Source: Candidatus Bipolaricaulota bacterium
GTDB lineage: Bacteria; Bipolaricaulota; Bipolaricaulia; RBG-16-55-9; DRXL01
DNA: 64,000 nt
Direction: 5' to 3'
Assembly (NCBI GenBank): GCA_938091745.1
Contig: CALLJK010000009.1
Coordinates: forward strand, 8,138-72,137
How positions within the stretch are numbered: the first letter of the stretch is position 1; each line of letters opens with the position of its first letter. Shown here piece after piece: positions 48,578 to 56,937 of this stretch. The position numbers were made by a program, and so were the translations under genes. The notes beneath the pieces were generated by a model. The model made no database searches and was not told where the DNA came from. It saw only the letters and a program-made list of their open reading frames with translations.

Positions 48578-49638
48578 CGGATTTCGATGCTTCCGTTCGT
48601 TGTCGTCGCGGTGATGGTGATCTTCGTAGGAGCAGTCTGAAAATTATTTGTCTCGCCTTCGACGTGGCGGCGCTCGTGATAGCGAAAGACAAAGTTGGGG
48701 ATCTCCACGCGCACGCGGCTGATTGTGCTCTGAGCCGAGATGGCATATCCAATGGTGGGATCATCGGGCACGTCAAGCTCAATCGAGCCATTAAATGTGC
48801 TCAATTCATAGCTGCCTGTGACGCTCCCCAAGATTAAATCAATTGAGCCGTTAGCTGTTGTGATCGTCGCTTGGCTGGCTGAGAGTTTTCCGCCGATGGA
48901 GCCGTTGGACGTTTGAAGTTTTGCGTGGTGTGCTGTGAGCGTATTCACCCGGATGCGCCCATTCGTCGCGTTCAAGTCTGCTGTCGCTGCATTGATCTCT
49001 TGGACATTGAGCGCTCCGTTGAGCGAGCTGAGCTTCAGGTCGTAGACGCGCCCGCGCGGCACCAGAAGCTGTATATCTGTTTCGAGCGAGCTGAGCGGGC
49101 CAACTGAGACCCTCGGCGCGCGAAAGCTGATCTCTGCTGCGGAGATTTGAGGCTGAAGGGTCACGCTCTCGATGAGCCGTTGGGCTTCTGAAGAACTCCA
49201 CGCGCGAGCGCGCGCCGTGATCGTGATCTGAAATCCCTCGTTCTCCCACGTTTGCACCGTCGCGCTGCCGTTTTGTAGGTCGAGTGTTACCAAGAGCGTT
49301 GCCGCCGATGGGTCGAGCGCGCCCCCAAACGAAAGAGTCTTTTCGGCGCGCTCCGGGCCGATCACGTTCACCCACGTCGAGGCGCCCGATCCAGAGACAA
49401 GCAGTCCCAGCACTGCTGCCCCGATAATAAGTGCAACTAAGTGAATCAGCTCATCGAGGAGCACCGAGCGTGACCAGAGTGCCAGCACGAAACAAATGAG
49501 CAAGACAACCCCAGCAGCGATCACAAGATCAGTTCGTTCGATAGGTGTGAACGCGCCCCAGTCTATATACTGTAACGCGAGCACGAAGACCCCGATAAAG
49601 ATCAAAAATTCCCCCAAGCGCACGGCGCTTGATCTCAT
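48574..49638 (-). CDS. Membrane-anchored DUF4097 (Toastrack/adhesin-like) protein
   Basis: N-terminal TM helices and repeated (S/T)xNGxI beta motifs. Confidence 0.75.
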   Translation of the reverse strand: MRSSAVRLGEFLIFIGVFVLALQYIDWGAFTPIERTDLVIAAGVVLLICFVLALWSRSVLLDELIHLVALIIGAAVLGLLVSGSGASTWVNVIGPERAEKTLSFGGALDPSAATLLVTLDLQNGSATVQTWENEGFQITITARARAWSSSEAQRLIESVTLQPQISAAEISFRAPRVSVGPLSSLETDIQLLVPRGRVYDLKLSSLNGALNVQEINAATADLNATNGRIRVNTLTAHHAKLQTSNGSIGGKLSASQATITTANGSIDLILGSVTGSYELSTFNGSIELDVPDDPTIGYAISAQSTISRVRVEIPNFVFRYHERRHVEGETNNFQTAPTKITITATTTNGSIEIR

Positions 49639-49865
49639 GGCTGGCCTCCTTGCTGAGAGTCCGTCTCAGACTGCGCTGGACGGTACCACCGAGCTAAGCC
49701 CGAGATGAGCAGCCCTATGCCCAAGATGATCAAAATCCCCGGAAGTACAAATCTCCACGAGAGCTCGAACCAGCCCATCAGCGACAATCGCCACGCCACT
49801 CCGCCCAAGATCAGAACGACGCCCCAGAAGAGATACTTATACGGGCTGTGAATCTTCTCAGACAC
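49635..49865 (-). CDS. Small LiaF/DUF5668-like membrane protein
   Basis: LFWGVVLILGG..W..LP..LIILGIGLL; GTG start after GGAGG. Confidence 0.6.
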   Translation of the reverse strand: MSEKIHSPYKYLFWGVVLILGGVAWRLSLMGWFELSWRFVLPGILIILGIGLLISGLARWYRPAQSETDSQQGGQP

Positions 49866-50253
49866 CCTGACCACCTCCGCGACGCGCATAAGCTAAGCCA
49901 ATCAAGAGCACTCCGACGGCGATGAACAAGACCGCCCAGGGAAGTTCTGGGAGATACTGTCTCACGAGCGAGTAGACGCCGATGCCGATCAACAAGAGCC
50001 CCCCGAAGATGAGCCAATCTTCGGAGCGTGGCAGTGCCAGTGTAGGAGCAGTCTGACTTGGCTGAGAAGCTGTCTGGGTCTGCACATAGAGCTTGGCGAT
50101 CAGCAAGCTCGCAATGAGTGCGCCGATGGGCCAGAAGACCCAGCTCACGATAACCATCCCGATGGCGAAGCTGGGATTGACGGCGTACTTGGCGATGAGA
50201 TCGCCCAGCTCAGCGAAGAACTGCAAGGGGGATTTCGGTTGTTCGGTGCTCAC
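49858..50253 (-). CDS. Membrane protein, PspC/LiaF-like
   Basis: About 4 TM segments, FGGLLLIGIG..LPWAVLFIAVG. Confidence 0.5.
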   Translation of the reverse strand: MSTEQPKSPLQFFAELGDLIAKYAVNPSFAIGMVIVSWVFWPIGALIASLLIAKLYVQTQTASQPSQTAPTLALPRSEDWLIFGGLLLIGIGVYSLVRQYLPELPWAVLFIAVGVLLIGLAYARRGGGQGV

Positions 50254-50257
50254 GATG

Positions 50258-50929
50258 TTACCTCCTCCCAAAGGCCGATGGCCATAGGGCCAACGTAATG
50301 GCGGTCAGCAGAGCGCCAACCAACGCGAAGATTGGCGTGATAACCCATAAAAGAACAAGAACAATGATAATTCCCACAAACGCAGCGCATGCTCCAACGG
50401 CTTGTAGGGTCGAAAGACCGTGCGCTTCCCTTACTGCGACAACACCTAGCATCAAGTTCCACAGAGATAGCCCTATATCGCTCACAGTTTTGAGCGCCTC
50501 ACCCAAATCGCCCATGTCTTTCGTCAGCACTGTCAGGATGATTCTAACAATCCCCGGCAGCACGCCAGCGAACCCTAAGGCGCTCAGCGTTTCGGGATAG
50601 CTCCCATTACCACCGAGGAGCCAACTGATCCAGTGCAAGGCTACAGACGATATCAGAAGGAGTACCAGAACAATCGCTGTAGCCATCAATGCGGCCTTCA
50701 ATGGCTTGTCGAAGAAAAACATCAATCGATACCCTAGTTCATAAGCTGTTCGATCAGTCCATGAGGCCAGTGCATACACAAAAGTCACGCTTGCGGTCAG
50801 GGCGATGGCCCAGCCTACAGGCTGTTGGCGGGCTACTCTTTGCAAGCCTTCGGCAGGATAGAGAAAGACCTGCCACATCAACGCACCAATCGATAGAGGA
50901 CGATCCCCTATTGGCCCCAAAGCTTGCAT
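50258..50929 (-). CDS. Yip1 family membrane protein
   Basis: P..GLQRV, LLGGNGSY, AVREAHGLS. Confidence 0.75.
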   Translation of the reverse strand: MQALGPIGDRPLSIGALMWQVFLYPAEGLQRVARQQPVGWAIALTASVTFVYALASWTDRTAYELGYRLMFFFDKPLKAALMATAIVLVLLLISSVALHWISWLLGGNGSYPETLSALGFAGVLPGIVRIILTVLTKDMGDLGEALKTVSDIGLSLWNLMLGVVAVREAHGLSTLQAVGACAAFVGIIIVLVLLWVITPIFALVGALLTAITLALWPSAFGRR

Positions 50930-51878
50930 TAGCGGGCTCCTCCTTCCCTTGTCTCAAATATCGTGGCACGGCGTGCCAGCCCTCTAGCGCCCGCAAGAGA
51001 TAGAGCACTTCTGGCTTGAGCTCGCTCAGCACCGTATTTGTAGCACTCCCCCGGCCAAAAAGCAAATCGAGCAGCCCCGGCGCCGGCGGACGATACTCGA
51101 TCACTTCAGCTTCGGGAACACCAGCTAAGTCTCGCGCTGCTTGCACAGCATCTTCAAGACCCCCTAATTGATCGATCAGCCCAAGCTGCACCGCTTGACT
51201 GCCTGTATAGGGCTGCCCCGTCGCCAGCTCCCGCACCCTTTCAATGGGGAGCTTGCGCCCCTCAGCAACAGCGTTCACGAACTGCTCATAAAACTCGTCT
51301 ACGTACTGCTGGAGCAAGACGCGCTCTTCGTCACTGAGCGGACGCAGCCCACGAAAGATGTCCTTGTACTTCCCCGACTTAAAAATCTCTGGCTGGATGC
51401 CCAAGTTCTTCAGCAGATCTTCAACGGAGAAGAGCAGCGCGATGACCCCAATGCTGCCTGTTGTCGTCCCCGGATGGGCAATAATTTTATCAGCGTAGAG
51501 CGAGATATAGTATCCCCCAGAAGCAGCAATATCGCCCATCGAGACGACGACGGGCTTCTTCGTGTTCTCTTTAAATTTTTTGATGCTCTCGGCGATGGCT
51601 TGTGAGGCTGCTACTGTGCCGCCAGGGCTGTCTATGCGTAGGACCAAAGCTTTGACGGAGAGGTCGCGCTCAGCTCGCTTCAGCAGCCCCTCGACTTGAG
51701 CTGGTGTGATGCCGCCTCCACCGAAGAGCCCGGTATCGAGAGACTCACTGATGGGGCCACTCAAGCGCGCGAGTGCGACCTTGGGGCGCATACTGAAAGC
51801 GATCTGCTGCGCTGCGACATAGATCACATAAATCCCGATGAGAATGAGAATGACCCACAAAATGCGCCGTCCGCGCAT
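50754..51878 (-). CDS. sppA: Signal peptide peptidase SppA (36K type); true end probably near 50955
   Basis: RIDSPGG, AASGGYY, TGSIGV, KSGKYKD, GLIDQLG. Confidence 0.92.
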   Translation of the reverse strand: MRGRRILWVILILIGIYVIYVAAQQIAFSMRPKVALARLSGPISESLDTGLFGGGGITPAQVEGLLKRAERDLSVKALVLRIDSPGGTVAASQAIAESIKKFKENTKKPVVVSMGDIAASGGYYISLYADKIIAHPGTTTGSIGVIALLFSVEDLLKNLGIQPEIFKSGKYKDIFRGLRPLSDEERVLLQQYVDEFYEQFVNAVAEGRKLPIERVRELATGQPYTGSQAVQLGLIDQLGGLEDAVQAARDLAGVPEAEVIEYRPPAPGLLDLLFGRGSATNTVLSELKPEVLYLLRALEGWHAVPRYLRQGKEEPANASFGANRGSSSIDWCVDVAGLSLSCRRLAKSSPPTACRLGHRPDRKRDFCVCTGLMD

Positions 51879-51890
51879 AGGCCACCTCCT

Positions 51891-52841
51891 TTACGGCAAA
51901 CATACCTCGCCTACAAACCTGCCAGATCTGTTGTTCCCCGTGATTATATTCTCGCCCTCAAAAACAACCTTACCAGTGAACTCATCGCGTTCATATCCGC
52001 ATTTGCGGAGTCGAGCTGCTACTCCCCAATCCCAGTTGTTCGCGATGCGCGAATTGCTGATCACTATCTCAGCTTGGTCGCCTACCTCGACACCAGAGCA
52101 TATTGAAAAGAACACACAAATCTGATGATCCGTTCCGTTGTTTTCTATTGCGCTTTCGCGAATCTCCAAGTGGGCTAAGCCACCAGCTGTCAAGCCTATC
52201 CTCCTATTACCAGCGACAACAGATTTCTCAAGAGCAATATGCGTAGACTCTTCCCCAACCCCTGCGCTGATCCCGATGTCGTTATCTAGGATGCGTGAAT
52301 TCACTAGGTTCAGCTTAGCGTCTCCTCCTAGGACCATAATGCCACCAAGCTTAGCTCCCATCACTTGGGAATCAGTAAGTGTTACCGTGACTTGCCAGTA
52401 AAGTATCAATCCAAATACAGAACCCGATACCGTCGTTTTCGCGAGGTCTACGATAGCGTTCTCTAGGATATACATTCCGGCCGCTCGGACATGAACATCT
52501 TGGATGGTGGTGCGAATTGGCCCTCGAATCACAACGCCCTCGATGCTGAGCCCTTGAATCACGACAATAATAGGTAGCTCAGCCCAAGCCATTGCTGTTG
52601 ATCTGATGATGGTTCTCTCGGCTCCGGCTCCGCGAATCGTGATATCCTTCTGGATGAGAAAGCCATCATTCCATGTGCCTTCCTCAAGGCATATGACTGC
52701 TCCTGGCGCTGCTTCCTCAATGGCCTTCTGGAGCGAGTCTTCTGGTTTGAGCGTCACGGTACAGTCTGGCTGGGGTTGCATCGCCATGCCTGTCCAGCTA
52801 ACGAAGACAACCGCGAGAACTACTAAGTACAGTCTTTGCAT
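51891..52841 (-). CDS. Secreted right-handed beta-helix protein
   Basis: Signal peptide, SLQKAIEEAAPG.VICL.EGT, repeated I..N...G. Confidence 0.75.
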   Translation of the reverse strand: MQRLYLVVLAVVFVSWTGMAMQPQPDCTVTLKPEDSLQKAIEEAAPGAVICLEEGTWNDGFLIQKDITIRGAGAERTIIRSTAMAWAELPIIVVIQGLSIEGVVIRGPIRTTIQDVHVRAAGMYILENAIVDLAKTTVSGSVFGLILYWQVTVTLTDSQVMGAKLGGIMVLGGDAKLNLVNSRILDNDIGISAGVGEESTHIALEKSVVAGNRRIGLTAGGLAHLEIRESAIENNGTDHQICVFFSICSGVEVGDQAEIVISNSRIANNWDWGVAARLRKCGYERDEFTGKVVFEGENIITGNNRSGRFVGEVCLP

Positions 52842-52859
52842 TGGGGCCTCCTTTCTTTT

Positions 52860-55502
52860 TTAAAGCCCTACCCGAAACTCGCGCTCGAAGCGCACGCTCC
52901 AGCCTACCTGTGCGCCCTCTTGCGTATTTACCCACAAGGGATATTCTACATACACAATGGGCGATCCGTAAAACCCGAGCGTCACGCCAAGACCCGCCTC
53001 GGCGCGCACAACGTGTTGCTCGGCCTTCAGAATAGCTACGTTCACAAATGCAATCGCGCCCACTGAGAACGGGATTGGCCCAATGTCGATCTTGTTAAGC
53101 GTCGGGATGGGCAGGCGCAGCTCGTTAGACTGCGCGAAGACCCAGTCGCTCTGAAGGTCAAATGCGCGAAAGCCCGCAAAATCTTTAAGCCGAAAATCGC
53201 GCTCTTCGGGAGCGCGCCCCTCGCGCCAGCCCCATACGGTGCGCTGCACCCAGAGCGTCTGCCACCACAGGCGCGTGCGAATCTCGTGACTCCACGAGAA
53301 CTTCTGAAATGCATACTCCCTGCCCCACACGTTCAGACCCAGCTTATAGCTTAGAGCAAGCCGTGCGACCCGCGAGCGGCGTTCGTAACTCATCCCTATG
53401 GAGAAAAGACGCCCCGGATCGCGCGCGACGTTATAGCGATTATGATACAAAGCGTTGAGCGAGAGCTGCACGTCTGTCCTATCGCGGTGCCAACGGAAGT
53501 GAATCACCCCGTCACCCGCGAAGATATGACCTTCATCTTTTTGGGCGAAGCCCCATTCTGAAGTGCAGCGATCCGCGAAGCAGAAGTTGCTCTTCAAGCT
53601 GTGCTGAAAGACAATTCTCTCAAGGCCAAACGCCCACCCTACGTGTATATGCTCCAATCGTATGCCCAAGATCAGCCCATCGTCTGAACGACCGTGGAGC
53701 ATCCCGTGATCGAGCCACGGGCTGAGATCAAGACCCTTGGGAGCAAAGTTATCCGAGCGATCCAAATCGGGCAGCGCGTGATCGGGGTCGAGCGTCACGG
53801 ACTTTATGGGTTTGTCAGAGATGAACGTGAGCGTTCCCCGTCGGTCAAGCATCTCCCAGCGCTGGCGGACTTTCGTGCCGTCGGCGAGCGTCGCCTCGAC
53901 GTCCACGGGGATGCGCATCTCGCCCCGCTGACGCACCATCACGCGCGTCACGTATCTGTTCTCAATCTTCTGTGTCCTCATTCCCTCGAGAGTCACGTCG
54001 AGCGTCTTGGTGCTGGTGAGCCACTGCGCGAAGAACTCTCTCAGATCGCGCCCGCTGACATCTTCAGCTGTTTTTATGAAATCTTCGGCTGTGACTTGCC
54101 GGTAGCGATAGCGCCGATAGTACTCTTGCATAATCTGATCAAATGTTTCCGTGCCCACTACGTTTTCTAACGCAAAGAGCAGGAGCGCGCCCTTCTGGTA
54201 GGGCAGCACGGTTTTGCCCGATGGGACTTTATGGAGCGGGGTAGCAAGCGGAGCTTCACGGCCCTCGCGGGCGACGCGTGTGTAGCTGCTTAGCATTTCT
54301 GCACGCCCGTTGCTCTCCTTCAGCATCTCGGTGAGCAAACCCAGACCCTGAGCTTTTAACCAAAGAGTATTCAAAGAGTTTGCGTCCTTCCCGTACTTGT
54401 GCTCGATGTAGCTCGTTTCAGCAAACGTGGCAAAGCCCTCGTCGAGCCAAGTCTCCTCGAGCTGATTGTTCATAAACATCCCGTAGAACCATTGGTGCGC
54501 CGTCTCATGGGCCGTGACGCTGTCTAAGATAGTAAACAGCTCAGGGAGGCGATAGAGCATATAGCTCTGCTGAATGATCTGAGGGTACTCCATAGCGAAG
54601 CCAAAGCCGCGAATTTCAGCGACTGTAAAATTAGAGTACGGATAGCGCCCGAAGCGCTTGCTGAAATATTCAAGAGCGTCTTTAGCGTACTGGGCAGCAC
54701 GTTTGCCCGCTGCAGCGTCTTCGGGGAAGTACAGAGAGACAATCGTGACGTCCTCCCATTGGACGATCTCGCTTTGATAACGGGCGTCGGCGACCCACGC
54801 AAAGTCGTGCACGTTATCAGCGATATATGTGAGCGTCTTGGTGCCGTCGGGGTTCACAGTCTCACGATAGAGCTGGCCCGTCGCGCCGACGACGAAATTA
54901 TTGGGCACGGTCAGTTCTACAGAATAGTGCGCGAAGTCTTCATAGGGTTCGCTCGCGCCGAACGCATGGGCGACGTCGGGGTGCCAGCCCTTCTGATCAT
55001 AGACGCTCAGTTTGGGGTACCACCAAGAGATATAGTAATTGCCCTGATCGTGCCCGAGACGCTCGAGCGCATGGGGAATCTTAACGATAAACTTTATTGT
55101 GATCTCGACGGTCTGATCGGGGGCGATGGGCGTCTCCAGTGCGATCTTCAGAATCGTGTCATCAATAGAGTACTGAGCTGCTTTGCCGTCGAGCTGCAGC
55201 TCTTGCACGAAGAGATACCCATAATCGGGGCCGTTGGGGAAGAGCATATCGAAAGAATTTGCGCCCATCTCGCGGGCTTGGACGCTCTCTTCAACAAAGC
55301 GATTGGGCCATAGGTGCAGATAGAGTTCTGTGAGGGGCTTGTCGGCCTTGCTGGTGAAGAGAATTCTTTCGTTGCCGTAGAGTTTATGTTCTTTGATGTC
55401 GAGCCGTGCTTGGATCTCGTAGGAAATCTCGTTGGGGAGAGCAAGAACCGTCGTCCCAAGCCATGCCAGAGATACGAGAGCGAGAACAAGACTGTTGCGC
55501 AT
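52860..55502 (-). CDS. Secreted M1 aminopeptidase with C-terminal beta-strand-rich domain
   Basis: VHDFAW, AMEYP, HETAHQWF, WLDEG, YQKG. Confidence 0.9.
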   Translation of the reverse strand: MRNSLVLALVSLAWLGTTVLALPNEISYEIQARLDIKEHKLYGNERILFTSKADKPLTELYLHLWPNRFVEESVQAREMGANSFDMLFPNGPDYGYLFVQELQLDGKAAQYSIDDTILKIALETPIAPDQTVEITIKFIVKIPHALERLGHDQGNYYISWWYPKLSVYDQKGWHPDVAHAFGASEPYEDFAHYSVELTVPNNFVVGATGQLYRETVNPDGTKTLTYIADNVHDFAWVADARYQSEIVQWEDVTIVSLYFPEDAAAGKRAAQYAKDALEYFSKRFGRYPYSNFTVAEIRGFGFAMEYPQIIQQSYMLYRLPELFTILDSVTAHETAHQWFYGMFMNNQLEETWLDEGFATFAETSYIEHKYGKDANSLNTLWLKAQGLGLLTEMLKESNGRAEMLSSYTRVAREGREAPLATPLHKVPSGKTVLPYQKGALLLFALENVVGTETFDQIMQEYYRRYRYRQVTAEDFIKTAEDVSGRDLREFFAQWLTSTKTLDVTLEGMRTQKIENRYVTRVMVRQRGEMRIPVDVEATLADGTKVRQRWEMLDRRGTLTFISDKPIKSVTLDPDHALPDLDRSDNFAPKGLDLSPWLDHGMLHGRSDDGLILGIRLEHIHVGWAFGLERIVFQHSLKSNFCFADRCTSEWGFAQKDEGHIFAGDGVIHFRWHRDRTDVQLSLNALYHNRYNVARDPGRLFSIGMSYERRSRVARLALSYKLGLNVWGREYAFQKFSWSHEIRTRLWWQTLWVQRTVWGWREGRAPEERDFRLKDFAGFRAFDLQSDWVFAQSNELRLPIPTLNKIDIGPIPFSVGAIAFVNVAILKAEQHVVRAEAGLGVTLGFYGSPIVYVEYPLWVNTQEGAQVGWSVRFEREFRVGL

Positions 55503-55565
55503 GATGGCCTCCTGAGTGCTTTTAAGATTTTCATTTCTTTTGTTTGTAGTTTGTCAAGCTGGTTT

Positions 55566-55625
55566 AGTTCAACACATGCTCCGTGCCTTCTCCAGCCGCG
55601 AGCGCGCTAAAGCTACTACCTGCCT
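55566..55625 (-). repeat. Direct repeat R3: diverged copy of the methyltransferase 3' end
   Basis: Encodes VVALARSRLEKARSMC*; 30/35 nt identical to 56932-56966. Confidence 0.85.
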
Positions 55626-55924
55626 CACGTTGCACGGTACTGGATACGACGCCGCAGAGCTTCATAAAGACCTTCGCGCGGTCCGATCATAATGATGAGC
55701 ACTAGCCGATCCTTAGGATAAATCTCGTAGACGATGCGATACTGGATGCCTTTATGGCTAAAATGATAAGACCAGAGTCCTTTGAGGTCATGAGAGAGCG
55801 CTTCAGCTTGCCCGGGATTTTGCTTGATTTTGGCAAAATGTACTTTACGAAGCTGGGTGACTACTGAGGGATCAAGCTTGCGAATATCTTTAGCAACGGC
55901 GCTGTGGAACCGTAGTGTGTACAC
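55625..55924 (-). CDS. RelE/ParE family toxin
   Basis: KDIRKL, LSHDLKGLWS, YRIVYEI, IGPRE. Confidence 0.88.
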   Translation of the reverse strand: MYTLRFHSAVAKDIRKLDPSVVTQLRKVHFAKIKQNPGQAEALSHDLKGLWSYHFSHKGIQYRIVYEIYPKDRLVLIIMIGPREGLYEALRRRIQYRAT

Positions 55925-55927
55925 TGT

Positions 55928-56119
55928 TTAGAATAATTCTCCTTCGGTCAGGGCCTTCCCCGCTCTGAGCTCCGCTCGCGCTTTCTTCCATCGTTCTTTG
56001 AGTTCCCTTTTGAGCTTGGGATTTAAGAGTATAAGCAAGGTCTCCCGCTCCCCAGGCGTGAGCTGCTTTAAAGCTTGGGCCAGCTCTTCCACCTTCAGCT
56101 CCACCTTGACTCGAGGCAT
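55928..56119 (-). CDS. Putative antitoxin of the RelE toxin
   Basis: 63 aa, AAGGAGG RBS, ends ALTEGELF, 3 nt before the toxin. Confidence 0.7.
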   Translation of the reverse strand: MPRVKVELKVEELAQALKQLTPGERETLLILLNPKLKRELKERWKKARAELRAGKALTEGELF

Positions 56120-56167
56120 AGTTTCCTCCTTGTGGGAACCAAGTATGCGTAGCATCCGATCATTTTT

Positions 56168-56225
56168 AGTTTATCACACACTCTGGGCTTTCTCCAGCCG
56201 CGAGCGCACCAGCGCTACTACTGTC
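56168..56225 (-). repeat. Direct repeat R2: diverged copy of the methyltransferase 3' end
   Basis: Encodes VVALVRSRLEKAQSV*; 37/44 nt identical to 56932-56975. Confidence 0.9.
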
Positions 56226-56227
56226 TT

Positions 56228-56623
56228 CTATGGCTTCAGCAGCCGCACGAACCCCTCTTGCTCGAAATGGCGATCGGTAGTCAGTGCTTCGGTGATGCCA
56301 CGAGCGCGCATGAGCACAAAACTGACTGCATCACACAGGGAATAGGTCCTGTCCGGCCGTGCCCGCAACAATGCCAACGCTGAGCGATGTAAATCCTCAT
56401 CTACCCAAACAACTTCCACATGTGGGTTGTCCAGCAAGTCCGTTGCAAACGCTAAAACATCAACGATGTTTAAGCCACGCGCCCGACACAAGGGTATGAA
56501 CTCAGCTAGGACGTAACTGTGTATCAGCCTTAAAGGAGTAGCCTTGAAAAACGTCACGGCATCCGAATGACGGACATCACTTGCATCGAAATAGCAGAGC
56601 AGTCCCGATGTATCAAGCAGCAT
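56228..56623 (-). CDS. vapC: VapC PIN-domain toxin
   Basis: LDTSG, VLAE, SLCDAVSF, TTDRHF. Confidence 0.92.
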   Translation of the reverse strand: MLLDTSGLLCYFDASDVRHSDAVTFFKATPLRLIHSYVLAEFIPLCRARGLNIVDVLAFATDLLDNPHVEVVWVDEDLHRSALALLRARPDRTYSLCDAVSFVLMRARGITEALTTDRHFEQEGFVRLLKP

Positions 56624-56904
56624 TAACTCCCCTCGTGCGTGCTCCCGTATTCAAGCGCTAAATCCGAGTCGATGCTGTCATTGTCAGCGGAACGAGGGTT
56701 ACTGCTGCGTCCTTTGCCTGCGTGCTGCAGTAGACGCTTCCACGCTTCACGGGTTTCTTCCTCTGTTAACTTCCGACGCGGCTTAGGCCCGTATTTGACA
56801 AGAAACTCAAGCACATATTGCTCAACCGTCCCTCCATACTTTTCCGCCATCTGCCGACATGCCTCGTAAACCTCATCAGACACTCTAACAGTCAAGGACT
56901 TCAT
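56623..56904 (-). CDS. VapB-like antitoxin (RHH-like N-terminus)
   Basis: LTVRVSDEVYE; TAATG overlap with vapC. Confidence 0.75.
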   Translation of the reverse strand: MKSLTVRVSDEVYEACRQMAEKYGGTVEQYVLEFLVKYGPKPRRKLTEEETREAWKRLLQHAGKGRSSNPRSADNDSIDSDLALEYGSTHEGS

Positions 56905-56937
56905 TGCTTTCCACTCCTTTTCTATGGCCTCAGTTTA

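Noticed and set aside
56041-56062. Antitoxin peptide LTPGERE is identical to LTPGERE near the MTase C-terminus (about 57001-57021)
   Set aside because: A short, common helix-cap motif; flanks do not align, so probably coincidence.
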